A DNA stretch of 53,898 nucleotides, counting the filler, from Catajapyx aquilonaris (Eukaryota): NCBI GenBank assembly GCA_000934665.2. It is 3 parts of 3 records of this genome, joined end to end, with 100 filler letters (N's around TTAATTAATTAA, not from the genome) between each part and the next. Parts side by side here need not be neighbours in the genome. Positions count along the whole stretch, not along the records: positions 17,993 to 35,935 come from JYFJ02006833.1; positions 36,036 to 53,898 come from JYFJ02006835.1; 1 more part is not named here. The stretch is one strand, 5' to 3'. The translations under genes were made by a program, and so were the position numbers. Positions 32,395 through 45,309 of this stretch are shown here, in pieces. Positions within the stretch are counted from its first letter, which is position 1. Every line of letters starts with the position of its first letter. The notes under the pieces were generated by a model. The model was given only the letters and a program-made list of their open reading frames with translations. It was not told the origin of the DNA and searched no databases.

Positions 32395-32516
32395 CCGGCA
32401 ACCCTGACAGTGGTTTTCTGTGGTTTTCCACGGTCCTCCCAGGATAATTCCGGGATCGCTTCCGTATAATGGGCCACAGCCGCTTCCTTCCCTATGGTGG
32501 AGTACCATCATTGGAT

Positions 32517-32681
32517 GGGGCCGTGCAGACGGGCCAAGCTTAGCCGCGGCTGGCCGCGGCCGCGACGGTTCACACCTGGCAAGCCACGGCCAGGCCACGG
32601 CTTACAAGGTAGGCCAACTTCCTGGAAGTTGGCCAGAGCCGCGGTCAGCCGCGGCTAAGCTTGGCCCGTCTGCACGGCCCC
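32517..32681. mobile_element. GC-rich PIF/Harbinger-like MITE, ~45 bp TIRs
   Basis: GGGGCCGTGCAGACGGGCCAAGCTTAGCCGCGGCTG / CAGCCGCGGCTAAGCTTGGCCCGTCTGCACGGCCCC. Confidence 0.85.
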
Positions 32682-32732
32682 AATGGTGGTACTCCACCCC
32701 CCTAATGGAGCGCTGATTCTCTCAATGGGGTA

Positions 32733-32768
<36 letters not shown>

Positions 32769-33698
32769 AAATTAATAAAAATAAAACTTCCGGTAGAGAG
32801 AAGTATAAATGCCATTTTAAAGTTATTATCTTAATTTTTAATCCACTTTTACAGTACTGGTCCGCGACTTTTTCATACTCAGGACAATAACCCTGATATT
32901 TGTCACGTCTTCCAAGCCACTCAGAAAACAATCAACTCTCTATTGCCAATCCCCACAATCATACCTCCAGTTTGCATATGGCTTCCCCCTTCCCTTCCCT
33001 CCCCCCCGCCTCTCCCCATTTCCCCTCCTGCGGCTTCCCATCTCCGCATCTTCCGACCACATTTGTCCTAGAGCATCCCATCAAAAGATTTTCGCCGGGA
33101 TTGTGTTTCCCTTCGCTTGATTCCGTTTTTACCAAGAAATATGGCTGTCATAATTCAGCCTCGGTCTGCCATTAATACTACCCTCCGTTCAAATTTGATA
33201 CTTCCGACTCGCCTTGGGATTTTTTTTCAGTTTTTTTTGAAGATTTTTTTGGGGGGAGGAAGTGGGGAGAGGCGGGGAGAGGGGGGAGTTTTTCATTATT
33301 CTAATGCCTATGCCCATGACGTAAGGAAGGCGTCGCGGAAGTCTTCTGATGTATGTCCTCATGGGGACTTTTCATTAGGAATGGGATAGACGCGGCTGTT
33401 GACAGGTGCCCCTCCTTCCCCCACTTTCCCTCCCACGAATTTCTGGAGGGGGGAAGCGAGGAACTTATCTCAATGCTACAGTTGACGTATAGAAATTTAC
33501 TTAAGTTTGATTTCTCTTAGGAGGAGACGCGATTTTCAGTGAATTGGTTGATTAATTAGGGAGCTATCCGGTAGATGGCGGTGCGCTCGTCCATCGATAC
33601 GAAGACTCAAATACTGTCCGATACACAGTCCGAAACAAGATTGGGAAATCAAGTGAGAATGGTTAGAGTAGACTTTTTCATGTTTACTGCTATTGTCC

Positions 33699-34309
33699 CC
33701 AACGTCAGTTACGGGACTAGGAGGGGGAAAGGGTGGTCTGGGGAGAATGCGCGGTCAGGGGGAAGGAGCGGATAAAGTGAACCCGGAACCCGAAAATCGA
33801 AAAAGTATTATGGCACGGCTCTGTCTGTTTGTCTGTCTGTGAACAAGTATCAGACAGACAGACAGACAGAGAGGGACGGTCTGGGGAGAATGGGCGGGCA
33901 GGAGGAAGGTGCGGATAAAGTGAACCCGGAACCCGGAAAATCGATAAAAGTCTTATAGCACGGCTCTGTCTGTCTGATACATGTTCACAGACAGACATGC
34001 AGGCAGAGCCGTGTTATAAGACTTCCCGATTTTCGGGTTCCGGGTTCACTCTATCCGCCCCTTCCCCCTGACCGCGCATTCTCCCTAGACCGTCCCCTCT
34101 CTTTGTCTGATACATGTTCACACACACACAGACAGAGCCGTGCTATAAGACTTTTTCGATTTTAGGGTTCCGGGTTCACTCCATCCACCCCTTCCCCCTG
34201 ACCGCCCATTCTCCCCAGACCGTCCCTTTCCTCCTGACCTCCAAGTTCCCCCACCGTCCTCTCCCCCAGATCACCCTTTCCTCCCTCCTAGTCCCGTGAC
34301 TGACGTTGG
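33699..34309. mobile_element. Foldback element with internally duplicated arms and (GACA)n/(TGTC)n tracts
   Basis: CCAACGTCAGTTACGGGACTAGG / CCTAGTCCCGTGACTGACGTTGG; GCGGATAAAGTGAACCCGGAACCC occurs twice forward and twice reversed. Confidence 0.8.
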
Positions 34310-35935
34310 ACGTCGAAAAAGTCTAAAAGCACAACAATGACGAAAAATGGTTCTATTCGGTTCTATACAAAATATTGCTTAGAAATCTATCTAAAAATGA
34401 TGCAAGTCTCACAATTGAGATATTGTTCATAAAATCTCTATCATTGTACATAGAGCTTGTCCCAAACTGGCCGCCGGAAGATGAAGTCACACGAAAAGGT
34501 CAGACAAAGCACTCGAGCATGTCATTTTTGTGGTGGATTTTGCGTGTTTTGCTTGTGAATATGCTCAAAACAGTATTCGTTTACGATTTATAGTTTTTTT
34601 TTGCAAATAATTCTCAAAGTGAGTAGGCCTATCCGTCTAGGACGGATCCAGCGGAGAGACGGTTAAACCCACGGACAGACAGAATCGTGCTGTGACCTTT
34701 TTTGTTGATGAGAAAATGTCAAATCTGACCAACCGGAGATGGCCAGTCACCAAACGTTGACCATAACACCTATTTTGAACACGCTGAATCCGAATCCGAA
34801 ACCCATTTATAGCTATCTCTTACTGTTTAGGCCCTGATACCTGTCCACGGACAGACAAAATCATGTTATGTGACTTTTTTCCCCGAAAAATCTCAAAACT
34901 GACTATTTCTCAGAACAATTTCACACATCTTATGACCTATACCTCAATCAATGATCTAAGATCTTTATACAACGTCACCACTTCTCCTAGCCTATTACCA
35001 CCACACAATTGGCAGAATCGATCCATCCTTTGACACATCTTGGAATTTTTGAAGCTCTGACAGATACGTTCTTTTTCCTCCAGAAGAGTCAGCGGTCTTC
35101 AAGACAAATAAAGTAATGGTGGCAATGGAGACGTCTGCCTCAAGAAATCATGGGGAAAAAAATAACCAAAAAAGACACGTCTCAGAATCGCAAACGAGGC
35201 TAGCAAAACACCTTTCAAAAAAAAAAATCTATGCAAATTTTTTTCAGGATTTGAAGAAAAATTTGGTAGAAGATGTGAAGAGATTTCAATCCATTTCCAC
35301 TCCCTCCTTAAGCCTTTTCCTCGTCTAGGGCATCACGAAGCAAGTTCTCCGCCAGATTGCGCACATAATTCCTCCCTCTCCCTCCCTCCCTCTTCCATCT
35401 CCTCCCTCCACCTTTTAACTCATCTCTCTTTACAGCCTGAAGATTGGGACGCTACTTCAGAAGATGATCCATCTTCTAACACCCCTAGCTAATGTTTCTC
35501 AAATTGCTTCTGTGATCAATATCTTGGTTGTACCACTATTGTTTACACAGCAAACTTGGGCCATCTAGGGCATCCTGATGACGTCAAATGGTCATTCGAA
35601 GTCATAGTAGTGTGCCTAGAAAACACGGGTTGCTTACAACGTGTTTAGAATGAGTAGCCTCCACTTTGGGGCGTCACAGAGTAGGTAGCCTCCACCCAGG
35701 TCCTTCAGACAATGACGCACGCCATCTTCTGGCGAAACTCCCAACTTTAGAGTGGTTGGTGATTATAAGCCTACAGTACTATACAGGGTGATCAAACTTT
35801 TTTGTCGTTTTAGTTATTGACAAATTCGGCATAAGCTGCTTATATTTAGCCCGTTACCTGGCAACCCCGTCCGGCGGGCCAATTCAAACATCAGCCCATG
35901 GAGAGCGCTTCCATTGTTGCCACTGTTTACAAATC

Positions 35936-36035
35936 NNNNNNNNNNNNNNNNNNNNNNNNNNNNNNNNNNNNNNNNNNNNTTAATTAATTAANNNNNNNNN
36001 NNNNNNNNNNNNNNNNNNNNNNNNNNNNNNNNNNN
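35936..36035. other. Artificial 100-nt contig spacer (44 N, TTAATTAATTAA, 44 N)
   Basis: Same structure as 17893-17992. Confidence 0.95.
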
Positions 36036-36183
36036 TTTCCCGCCGGAAACTTGGCAACGTTGTGGGAAGGGGGCGTGTCCTGCGCGAATGGACGTCCAAA
36101 AGCGGTTGCGTTCGTTTATTGACCCATCTATAGTAGGGGAAGGCACAGAGAACTGGGGCCTTGTGGTTGGAAAAATCCAGTAA

Positions 36184-36557
36184 AGCCTGTTTCATAAATA
36201 AATGATCGCGCGATCCGGCAGCAGCGACAGAATGCGGCGATGAATGCCGCATGCTGCCGCTGCGTTGGAATGTGGCGATGGGTCGCGTGTTCAATTCATA
36301 TAAAAAAACGGATGCGCGACGAGGCGTGCGCGGCGCGCTGTCACGTGACTCCATCCTGCTTCTCCCATTGGCTCCAGCTCCTGCGATGAGTCCCGACGCA
36401 CATTCAATATCAAACCGGCCGGATGTGGTGCGACGCGATGAGTTCCAGCGACCGTCGCGCCTGAATTTATTTATGAATTGGACGGACGCGCGACGGTCAA
36501 GCCAGATCTGCGACCCACAGCAGATCGCCGTCGCAGAGTTTATTTATGAAACGGGCT
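36184..36557. mobile_element. PIF/Harbinger-like MITE, TAA TSD
   Basis: TAA|AGCCTGTTTCATAAATAAA...TTTATTTATGAAACGGGCT|TAA. Confidence 0.8.
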
Positions 36558-37321
36558 TAAGACCGACTACGCATGGCGGAACATTTTGACGCATCTGTTA
36601 TTTGAGAAGTTTATTATTTTTTCCTTGACTGATCAATATAGGTGATAAAACGGTTTGGCCCAGAGATGCATCACCATTGAACACTACAGTACATATCATA
36701 CCAATCGATGAGGGTGAAGGATAAAGGTGGGCCCACATTCCTCCTCAAGCATTCTGATTTTGTAACTGCATTTGTAGCATCGTTTTAAAATATATTACTT
36801 AAAGTGTTGTCACAAGGGGTACATGAAAGATATTCATTGCTCCAGTTGTAGCCACTCCTCATAGCCACAGAACTGGTGCAAGCTACTGACTGCATGTACC
36901 AATAATTGTGACCGTTAGACGAATTCACATTTTGATAGAATAATTATACTAGACTTTCGGCAAAGGAATAACATGAGAAAACCTACTATATTAACTAATA
37001 ATTAATTAGCCCTTTATATATTATTTGTTCCATGGCTAAATGAAGTAATCATGGAAGGTTGGAGCATCCTTGCCAAGTGGGAATACAATTGGCATGTTCT
37101 CAATATAAAGACGATTGAACTGAATGGGCGCCGCGCCGTATCTACTGGGTTTACATTTATCATTTCTATAATTATTATTGCATTGATAAATTTCAGGTGA
37201 AATTTACCTGGATAATATTAATCTCAATACAAATTCGTACAAGGACAATAACTGCAACATTAATGCTTCTTAACTACATTTGACATTTAAAGTGTACTCA
37301 TTATTTATTTTGTAATGCAGC

Positions 37322-40300
37322 ATGATTCAAAAGAAGGAGTTTCAAAAGCCGATCTGGAACTTGTTGACGGATGGCTTGCCGAAGCGCAGCATAATACCAG
37401 TATATGCGTGGGACAGAGAGTTGGGACTGACCACGATTAATAGGAAAGCAAAGGGCGAGAAAAGGGCCAGCAAAAGCCTTGTAGCAATACTTTACCAGAA
37501 CTTCAGAGACTTTTGCTCCAACACATCTCTCCACGGCTTCAAATACATCACGGCGCCTGACACTTTCCCTCTCGAAAGGTGCGCATACCCAGTGTCTCAT
37601 ATGTCCATCACCGTTTAAAAAAACCTTCTCTTTCCCATTGTGTCATACAGAGGGGTGTGGTTCATCTGCTGCATGGCTGCCATTGCCTCCTCCTTCTATT
37701 TCATCTACCCTATAGTTAAAAGGTATTCAAGCACTCCGATCATTACTACCATCGAATCCACCAGCATTCCCATTTGGAATGTCCCTTTCCCTGGGGTCAC
37801 CATATGCAATGTCAACAAAGTGTCCAAAGAACGAATCGACAGAATAACTGAAAGCGACCCGTAAGTGAAGCCAAATGCTTATGACAAAATACTTAATAAA
37901 CCTGCAAAATGTGACCAGGGTGTGGCGGCGGTACGGAAACGGATCCATGACCGACCTGGTGGATCTGATGGCGCATATTGGACAAGTTACACGAATAGAC
38001 AAAGACAAAGAAGATGTAGAAGAGTTGAAACAAATAGTCAATCAGCAAGGATCACGAGTTGACGACCTCATGAGAGATGTAAATCTATATTTCTTGTGCT
38101 GAAATATTTCAATTGAAAAAAAGCACAAGCTTCCAGTCTTTGTAATCACTTTCAAACTGACATCAACGTTGATCCGCAGGTTTCTCAATCAGTGCAAAGA
38201 ATGGCTCTAAGCTGCTGGTGGTTGAGCACCAGGACCAACTGTAGCCAAATTTTGGAGCAGCGTCGAACAGACGAAGGCTACTGCTGGTCATTTAACGCCA
38301 AGCCAATGAAAGCTTTGATGAATGGGGAAAGCTTACAGTACGCCAGTAATCTATTTAATTTGATATTAAACAGCATTGTAACATATCAAATTCCAGTGAA
38401 AACTAAGTATGTGGGCAAGTAAGCATGATTTTCAATGGGATATGGTTGCGCAGATTCGTGACATAAATATTAGATTTTTTAAATAGCATACGGGGTTTTC
38501 TGTTAGGTTCAACTTAATGCGTGGATCATGTTGATAGATTATATCCTTCGGTCAGAGTTATCTCTATGGAGACAATAACATTAAACACTCATAATCATGA
38601 TATTGAAGTGAACAGCTAATGACTGGATCCACGTGCAACTTTTGTAACAGACAAGTTCAGTATGCGCTGTTTCCTCATGAAAATCCTCTACAGTAATATT
38701 TCTTTCTCGGTGTAAAAGCGACGAAAGTAATTTTTATCACTTTCAGTACCGGTACACCAAAGGTAAGTGCTTCTGGTGAGAAATTCCAGCGATAATTGCA
38801 TTTTGTTGTTTCTTCTCCCCCTCCTCCCCCCTTCCATACTAGTACACCTTATTCTAATAGGGAGGACGAGGAAGACACTACCGCGAGTTACGACGACGAT
38901 GACGCACCTCAAATGAAAGGAATGATGGAGTCACTCAAGCTTGTCCGTCACCAGGCCTCAGAAAAACTTCTCTCTCCGCAAGCACAGCAGCCAGAGAGCT
39001 CCAGGAAGAGCAAAAGAGTTAACGGAGCTGGTCCTAACATGGGCCTCTCAGTACTTCTGAATCCAGATAATCACGATTACTACACAACAACCAATGAATT
39101 TAATGGGTTCAAGGCATGTATTTGTCCCGTTATTGTTGCTCTGTATTATGTAGTGTTTGATTGTAGTCTATTACTTGGAAATACTGCAGGACCAGGCCTC
39201 CCACTTGAGAACGTAGTACAATATGCCACTCATAAATGGCGCTCATCCTCCTTCGTTGTAAACTACTGTCCCTCAGGGTTATGCGGGGAACAGTGCTACT
39301 ACAGTCTGATGTATTATTTATTATATTATTACAGGTGTTGATACATGATCCGACTGATTTTCCCAGCGTCTCTACAAAGGCATTTGTCGTGTCGGCAGGG
39401 CGTGAAGTGTTCGCTGCCGTGACTGTGACTAGTACCCGAAGTACAGAGAGCATCAAAGCAACTCCGAAGAAAAAAAGAGACTGCTTGTTCGAGGATGAAC
39501 GTAAACTTAATTTCTACTCATCTTACAGTTATGCCAACTGTCTTTTAGAATGTCGCGTTCGGTCCATGAAAAGGACGTGTCAGTGTGTGCCGTACATTTA
39601 CGCGCATCTAAGTAAGTGACAACTTTTATAGTGTCGAGTTATAATTCAGACAAACTTCTAGGGTTAACTACTGCTGGGAACCGGAGGGCCACTTTATTTA
39701 GAGATGTCATTTGGTCTCCGTAACCTCATTACAGAGGTAGTGAGATTCAAATACAAAGAATAAAATTCCCTGGCTGGTGTGAGTCCCCAAGTGCAAATAC
39801 CTTCATAATTATTTTAAAATGTAGTTGTTACTGTGCAATACGCATATTACAATATATTGTAGATGGCAATGTCACTAGATGTAGTATGTAGTACACAGTT
39901 GCTGAAGCTATGGAAATGTCGATGTCGTGGGCCGTATCCGTGAAGTAAAAATGTTTTCTTACACTATTTTATTAATGCTAATATATTATCTCAGTATCAA
40001 GGTTGGGAAGACCACATGACACGGGTAGCCTACATAGAATGATCCTCTGCCCTCTGGTCCCTCAGGATCATCTTAGAAGTTTGTCTGAATTATTAAGAAA
40101 CACTCTGTCTATTCAGATTTCGGTCGTCATTTTAACACTGAACATCATTTCAGATAACACCAAGATATGCAACTACACTGGGATGTTGTGCATAAGCAAA
40201 AATGCTCGTAAGACCACTACATTTCATAATAATTTTGCATCAAACATTGCAATAAACAAGGCAATAAAAAATGAGGATAAAACCGCACCACAGCACATTG

Positions 40301-41665
40301 TAAAAATATGAGACGGAATCATTATGATCTCCATACAAAGCTTGCTCTGTACATGACAATTCATTCCCAAATTACGTGACATACCGGTAATTGCATTGGA
40401 TAAGGACAAAATTAACTCCTACTACATCACTGAATTTGACAGGGTGCACAATACTACGGGAGATAGTTTTCCACATTCACTGCGCTTTTCTGCTAGCATT
40501 TTTCCGGAGTAAGGTATTAAGTAGTGACTTTCAAAGAGTTACGTACACATGCCACTGGTTTGCTAGTGGGTCATTCGGACATTCACTCAAGTTCACGACC
40601 TGAAGGGATTAATCCATTCAACCCAATTTTGTGTGAGCACTGATATATCTTACAACCCATAAACTTGTTAGAAATAAATTCTCAAACTAATGAAAAGCAG
40701 CAGGTTAGTGAGAAAAAAATACATTATTGCTAACAAATACTGACTGTAAATTTGGATTATACTGTACTGTACGTAGGCCTACTCTGCGTTCTATGTAGCT
40801 TGTTGATACTGCCGTGTTCGTTATTATTGTTATTATTATTATTATTGCATTTTATTCCAGGCAGATTTGCATCGATTCTGCCAAAAGAACACGTGGACGG
40901 TCTAGAGAACATAAAATCTATGAGAGACTGTAACTGCCCATCAGGATGCGACGAAACATCATATTTTACAGAGGTCACTGCAGCAGATTTTCCCAGGGAT
41001 ATCAACGACATGAACTTGACTCAATACCCACCTGAGGTCGATCCGTATGTATCTCATCGCTATAACACTCTACGGTCTACAGGGTAGTGCACTGCCCAAG
41101 TCCCCTATTCAAGAAGGGCATAAGTGAATGTATTCAGTTAACTTACGCGTATGTGGTTTTTTCACTCCAATAATCAGATTACAGATTAGCAACTCCTGAC
41201 TGTTTGCTTACGACAAGTTTATTCTACTCAAACTATTTGTTGGAGGTAAACGATCCATAACTTATCCACCTACTGTGCATAGGGCAGTGTACCACCCTTC
41301 TGTTCATGCAAATGGGTACTCTAACCCATGCAATGCACGGATTTATTAACAAGAGCTAATAATGCTAACTTAAAATAATTAATTTCAGCAAGAATCTGGT
41401 CCTCCTCAGAGTGTTCTTCAAAGACATGTTCTTTGTCAGGTACAAGAGAGATCTTCTCTACACCTGGAACAATCTTATTGGTAAGTCTAGATTACATGGG
41501 TTAGTGTACTTGTAACGCGTGTAATTATTTGTAGCTGACTTTGGAGGAGTCGTGAGTCTCTTCATTGGATTCACATTCATTAGCTTCATCGAGCTGATTT
41601 ACTTCTTAACCATACGGGTTTTTCTTCGTTGGCACATATCACCTGCAGACCCCGAGTCACGATGA
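37322..41665 (+). CDS. Pickpocket-like DEG/ENaC channel subunit 1; exons 37322-37578, 37651-37860, 37919-38078, 38180-38337, 38843-39113, 39335-39611, 40154-40207, 40861-41044, 41389-41480, 41535-41665; about 597 aa
   Basis: FCSNTSLHG (pre-TM1 HG), PFPGVTICN, TDEGYCWSFN, GFK|VLIH, YSYANCLLEC, CNCPSGC and TM2 ADFGGVVSLFIGFTFISFIELIY. The exon sum of 1794 nt is a multiple of 3. The start codon and the 38337-38843 junction are less certain. Confidence 0.88.
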
Positions 41666-41809
41666 TACCTCCAACAGTAGTTATGTACTATATAATCTCA
41701 CTGTGGAAATAAAACTTGAATGTGTCAAAACCTTTTTCATTTAAAAGGTACCCAATATCAAGGTTACCCAACATGTGCGTGGATGTTTCATAAGAGCGAC
41801 ACGAAAGCC

Positions 41810-41820
<11 letters not shown>

Positions 41821-41851
<31 letters not shown>

Positions 41852-42096
41852 TTATACCCCATTTGGAGAATCGGCGCTCCATTAGGGGGGTGGAGTACCA
41901 CCATTGCATGGGGCCAAGGATAGGGAAGGAAGGAAGCGACTGTGGCCTATTATATGGAAACAACCCCGGAATTATCCTGGGGGGACCATGGAAAACCACA
42001 GAAAACCACGGTCAGGGTTGCCGGCCCCGGGATTCTAACCCAGTACCTCCCGATTAGCAGTCGGCCTCCTTAACCACCACACCAACCTGCTCCGGT
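41821..42096 (-). mobile_element. tRNA-derived SINE with (TAA)n tail and 13 bp TSD
   Basis: CCTATTTATTATT at 41808-41820 and 42097-42109; core matches the other SINE copies. Confidence 0.85.
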
Positions 42097-42505
42097 CCTA
42101 TTTATTATTTGTCATGCGACAATAGTGTTAGAGCGTGCGCTTCCTACCTGGCCCCACAAACTATGCATTTGAATCCGTTCAAGGTGTTTCTGATCACGCC
42201 TGTTGGTGCATTATTCAAAGAAAATCGAACGACACTGTTACACATTAGCCAATTTTAGCATGGAATATACTGCGCACCTTGCGTAACTTATCAATAAGGC
42301 TTTGTTGTTTGCTGGTGTGACCTGTCGGTATGACAAGAATTGAAGCCTCATTCGAAAAGTTACAAATGGACATTACAGGAAGAAGCCAGTGCATTGGCAC
42401 AGCAGGGTGACTTGCATCATAAGTCATGAGCAGGCGTAAGGCTTCTGTGAATAATTAATAACCATTATTACGCGTCTTTGTATACACAGAGGTTGCCCAT
42501 AACAA

Positions 42506-45254
42506 ATGCCACGTACAGTAACGACCAGAGTGTTGAAGAGGACCACGGTCGATTTCTGTGAAAACACTGGACTTCATGGATTTTCTTTCTTTATCAAAAA
42601 TTCCATCTATGAGAGGCAAGTAACCACATGGTAGAATTGTTCTGTCTACTTATTCCTGTATATTCGCAATTCACGCATAAGATTTTCCGTATAATCCTCC
42701 AAATAAGTGTATCAAAAAATATTAGTTCAGGGGAGACTTTGCAAGCAATCATCTTCACTGATAAACTTTTCCTAATTTTTCAATAAGACTTTTCTGCCTT
42801 CTTGTAAAATGTATGCTTTCAGAGGTATACGAGGTTTTGCACAGTTGAGAATGATGCAGTTTGTTTGTTTGTTTGTTTGTTTGTTTCTTTGTATTGCCCC
42901 GTGATAGGGCCAGGGGCTCTTTTTTTTGGGGGGGGGGGGGAGATTCCCAAGGGAGGGGACTCTTAAGTAGTAATTTCAGACCCTCTTAAATGCCAGACCT
43001 TTTCTGTTGGCCCTGGGCAGAGAAGGGAGTGCGAATCTGCCCAGACATGACGGGTGAAAAGCAGAAAAAGACCCGACCAAGCAGAGGTGACGGGGACGGG
43101 ATTTGAACCTCGGACCTCCCTCTTGGCTGGCCAGTAGCATAGGCATCATTCCCCCCACAGAGAATGATCCAGTTCAATCTTAGATGCTTTTTAGGTGTTA
43201 CTTTATTCTTTAGGCAACCATTGCTTTTTCAGGTTTCTCTGGATAGGAGTATGGGCTGTAGCTCTAGGAATTGCCACAAGCTTTTCAATCTACATCGTGA
43301 AAAAATTCAACGAAGGAAAAATAATGATGGCAGTCGACTCAACTACCGAAGATATTTGGAACATTCCATTTCCTTCTGTTACAATCTGCAATACTATTCG
43401 AGCTTTCAGAAGCAAAGCGGAATTTATTGCATCGCAAGTACTTCCATATTCTTTAAAATAATGCATGTTTCCACTGCAACATAATATGAAGGAAGAATCC
43501 CAAAGGATCCCTTTCCAGGATTGATTTTGCAGTGTACCATGATAATTTTTATTGGAAGTTGTTCCTAATATTAGATAAAAATGAATCTCATTTTCGAAAT
43601 ATGTATTTGAACAGTAATCGTACAGTGTTGTTGTTTGCGACGCGTTTCCAACACATTGCAATGGGAGCTCACCCACCCCGTCCGCATCGCTAAAGTGCGG
43701 GCAAATGATATATCAACTTACTGTCAACTGAACACTGCGACACCATTCAGCTCCCACAGAAACAAACAACTCAAAATCCCCCCTGTCAGGTTCAGGGAGG
43801 CACAACAGCAAATAAATTCACTCATCCAATAATTCTGACAGCACTTCCACTTGGAACGTCTTGCCCCAGCAAAGATGCATTATATATATTTGACCAGCAA
43901 CGATATAATAATGATTATAATAATGAAGTGGCAAACTTTGAGAACTGACGCGACGTTGCTAAGTTATGACATCCTGAACAAATGAAAAAAATTACGGGGA
44001 AAATAAGGGGGAATATCATAACTTCTATCCCGTAGCAGGTGGAACTGTGAGGTTTTGAACATAGATCCGCACCGCCCTATTACACATTCGGCCCTTTGAC
44101 AAAGAAATTGAATTCCTAACGTTTATTGAGAAAAAAATAGCATTTTTCAATGGTTTTTAATTGTTTGTGGATTACTGAAGAGGAATTAAGTAAAAGTGTA
44201 AATGGTAGGAAATCACTTCATGACGGTGGGGATCTGTGTTAAAAATTTCGAAGCTCTACCTGCAGCAGAATCTGAGTTAGAGCGACTGAAAAAACGTAAA
44301 AACAAGAAGTTGAAAAAATTCATTGTTGAAGTGCAATGCTACGGTCTTACTTAGGGGCTATCGCTCCTAAAATATGCGACTCAAAATATTGGCTATGATC
44401 TACAATAGCCCTAAAAAGTAAAATATTGGAATATTTTGTTGCTTCTGTTGCCATTTTAATGCAAAATATTGCAAATTCTCAAAGCTCAAGCCCATATTTT
44501 CACTAATCAGGTACCATATTTCAAAAAACTGAGGTTCATCTTCTCATGTAATATTATTAGGAAAAACGTCCACAATAAAAGGATCCCGGTACAATGCTAA
44601 TTCAATCCTGGGTGGTATTCTTTTGGACAAGTAAAATAAAGGTAAAGGACAAGTAAAACAAAGTTCCAAAATTTTGACCTTTTCCCGAATAACTTATTAT
44701 CCCCATCAATTCGGATTCCAAGATGGCTGCAGTACAAAATGCTAGGTAAAATCCCGCTGAGAGTGGTTCGGCTATTAGCCAATTTAAGAAATAAGTCAAA
44801 GAAACTTTGGATTGAATGTTATAATTTGCGAATAATGGACGAGGAGTATTGCTCACTGTGCAATGTCAGGGCGTATGGATCACTTTATCATATCATGTTC
44901 GAGTGCCATTTCTCTCAGGAGGCTCCACATGGTATTGTAGATTTTTCAAAGAGTACCCTCTGATAAGCTATTTACTTTATTTTTGTGGAAATCCCTCTGT
45001 TTAAATTGCAACCGCTATACAAATTTTTTGTGTTAGTAGTTGAGAAACTCCAATTGTGTGATATAATTTTGTAATATTGTGAATTGTTGGAACAGTGTAA
45101 AATTGGTATGTAGCTGTATTATTGTATGGGAAAAGGTAAATTTGTATTTGGTATTTGGTATCAGGGTACTGTGTATATTGTAGCTGGGGAGGAGGTCTTT
45201 CCTCCATACACCAAGGTGTCAAGGGGAAATAAAACATTATTATTATTATTGTTA

Positions 45255-45309
<55 letters not shown>

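Larger units (their letters stand above)
31868..32770 (+). mobile_element. 5'-truncated SINE interrupted by two MITEs, (TAAA)n tail
   Basis: CCGGCAACCCTGACAGTGGTTTTCTGTGGTTTTCCACGGTCC core and tail TGGTGGTACTCCACCCCCCTAATGGAGCG match the 41821 copy. Confidence 0.75.
30982..33607. mobile_element. Non-autonomous DNA transposon with ~75 bp TIRs carrying several nested insertions
   Basis: GTCGCCGTATCGACGGACGAGCGCACCGCCATCTACCGGATA...CTAATTAATCACCAAATTCACT is mirrored by AGTGAATTGGTTGATTAATTAG...TATCCGGTAGATGGCGGTGCGCTCGTCCATCGATACGAAGAC. Confidence 0.8.
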
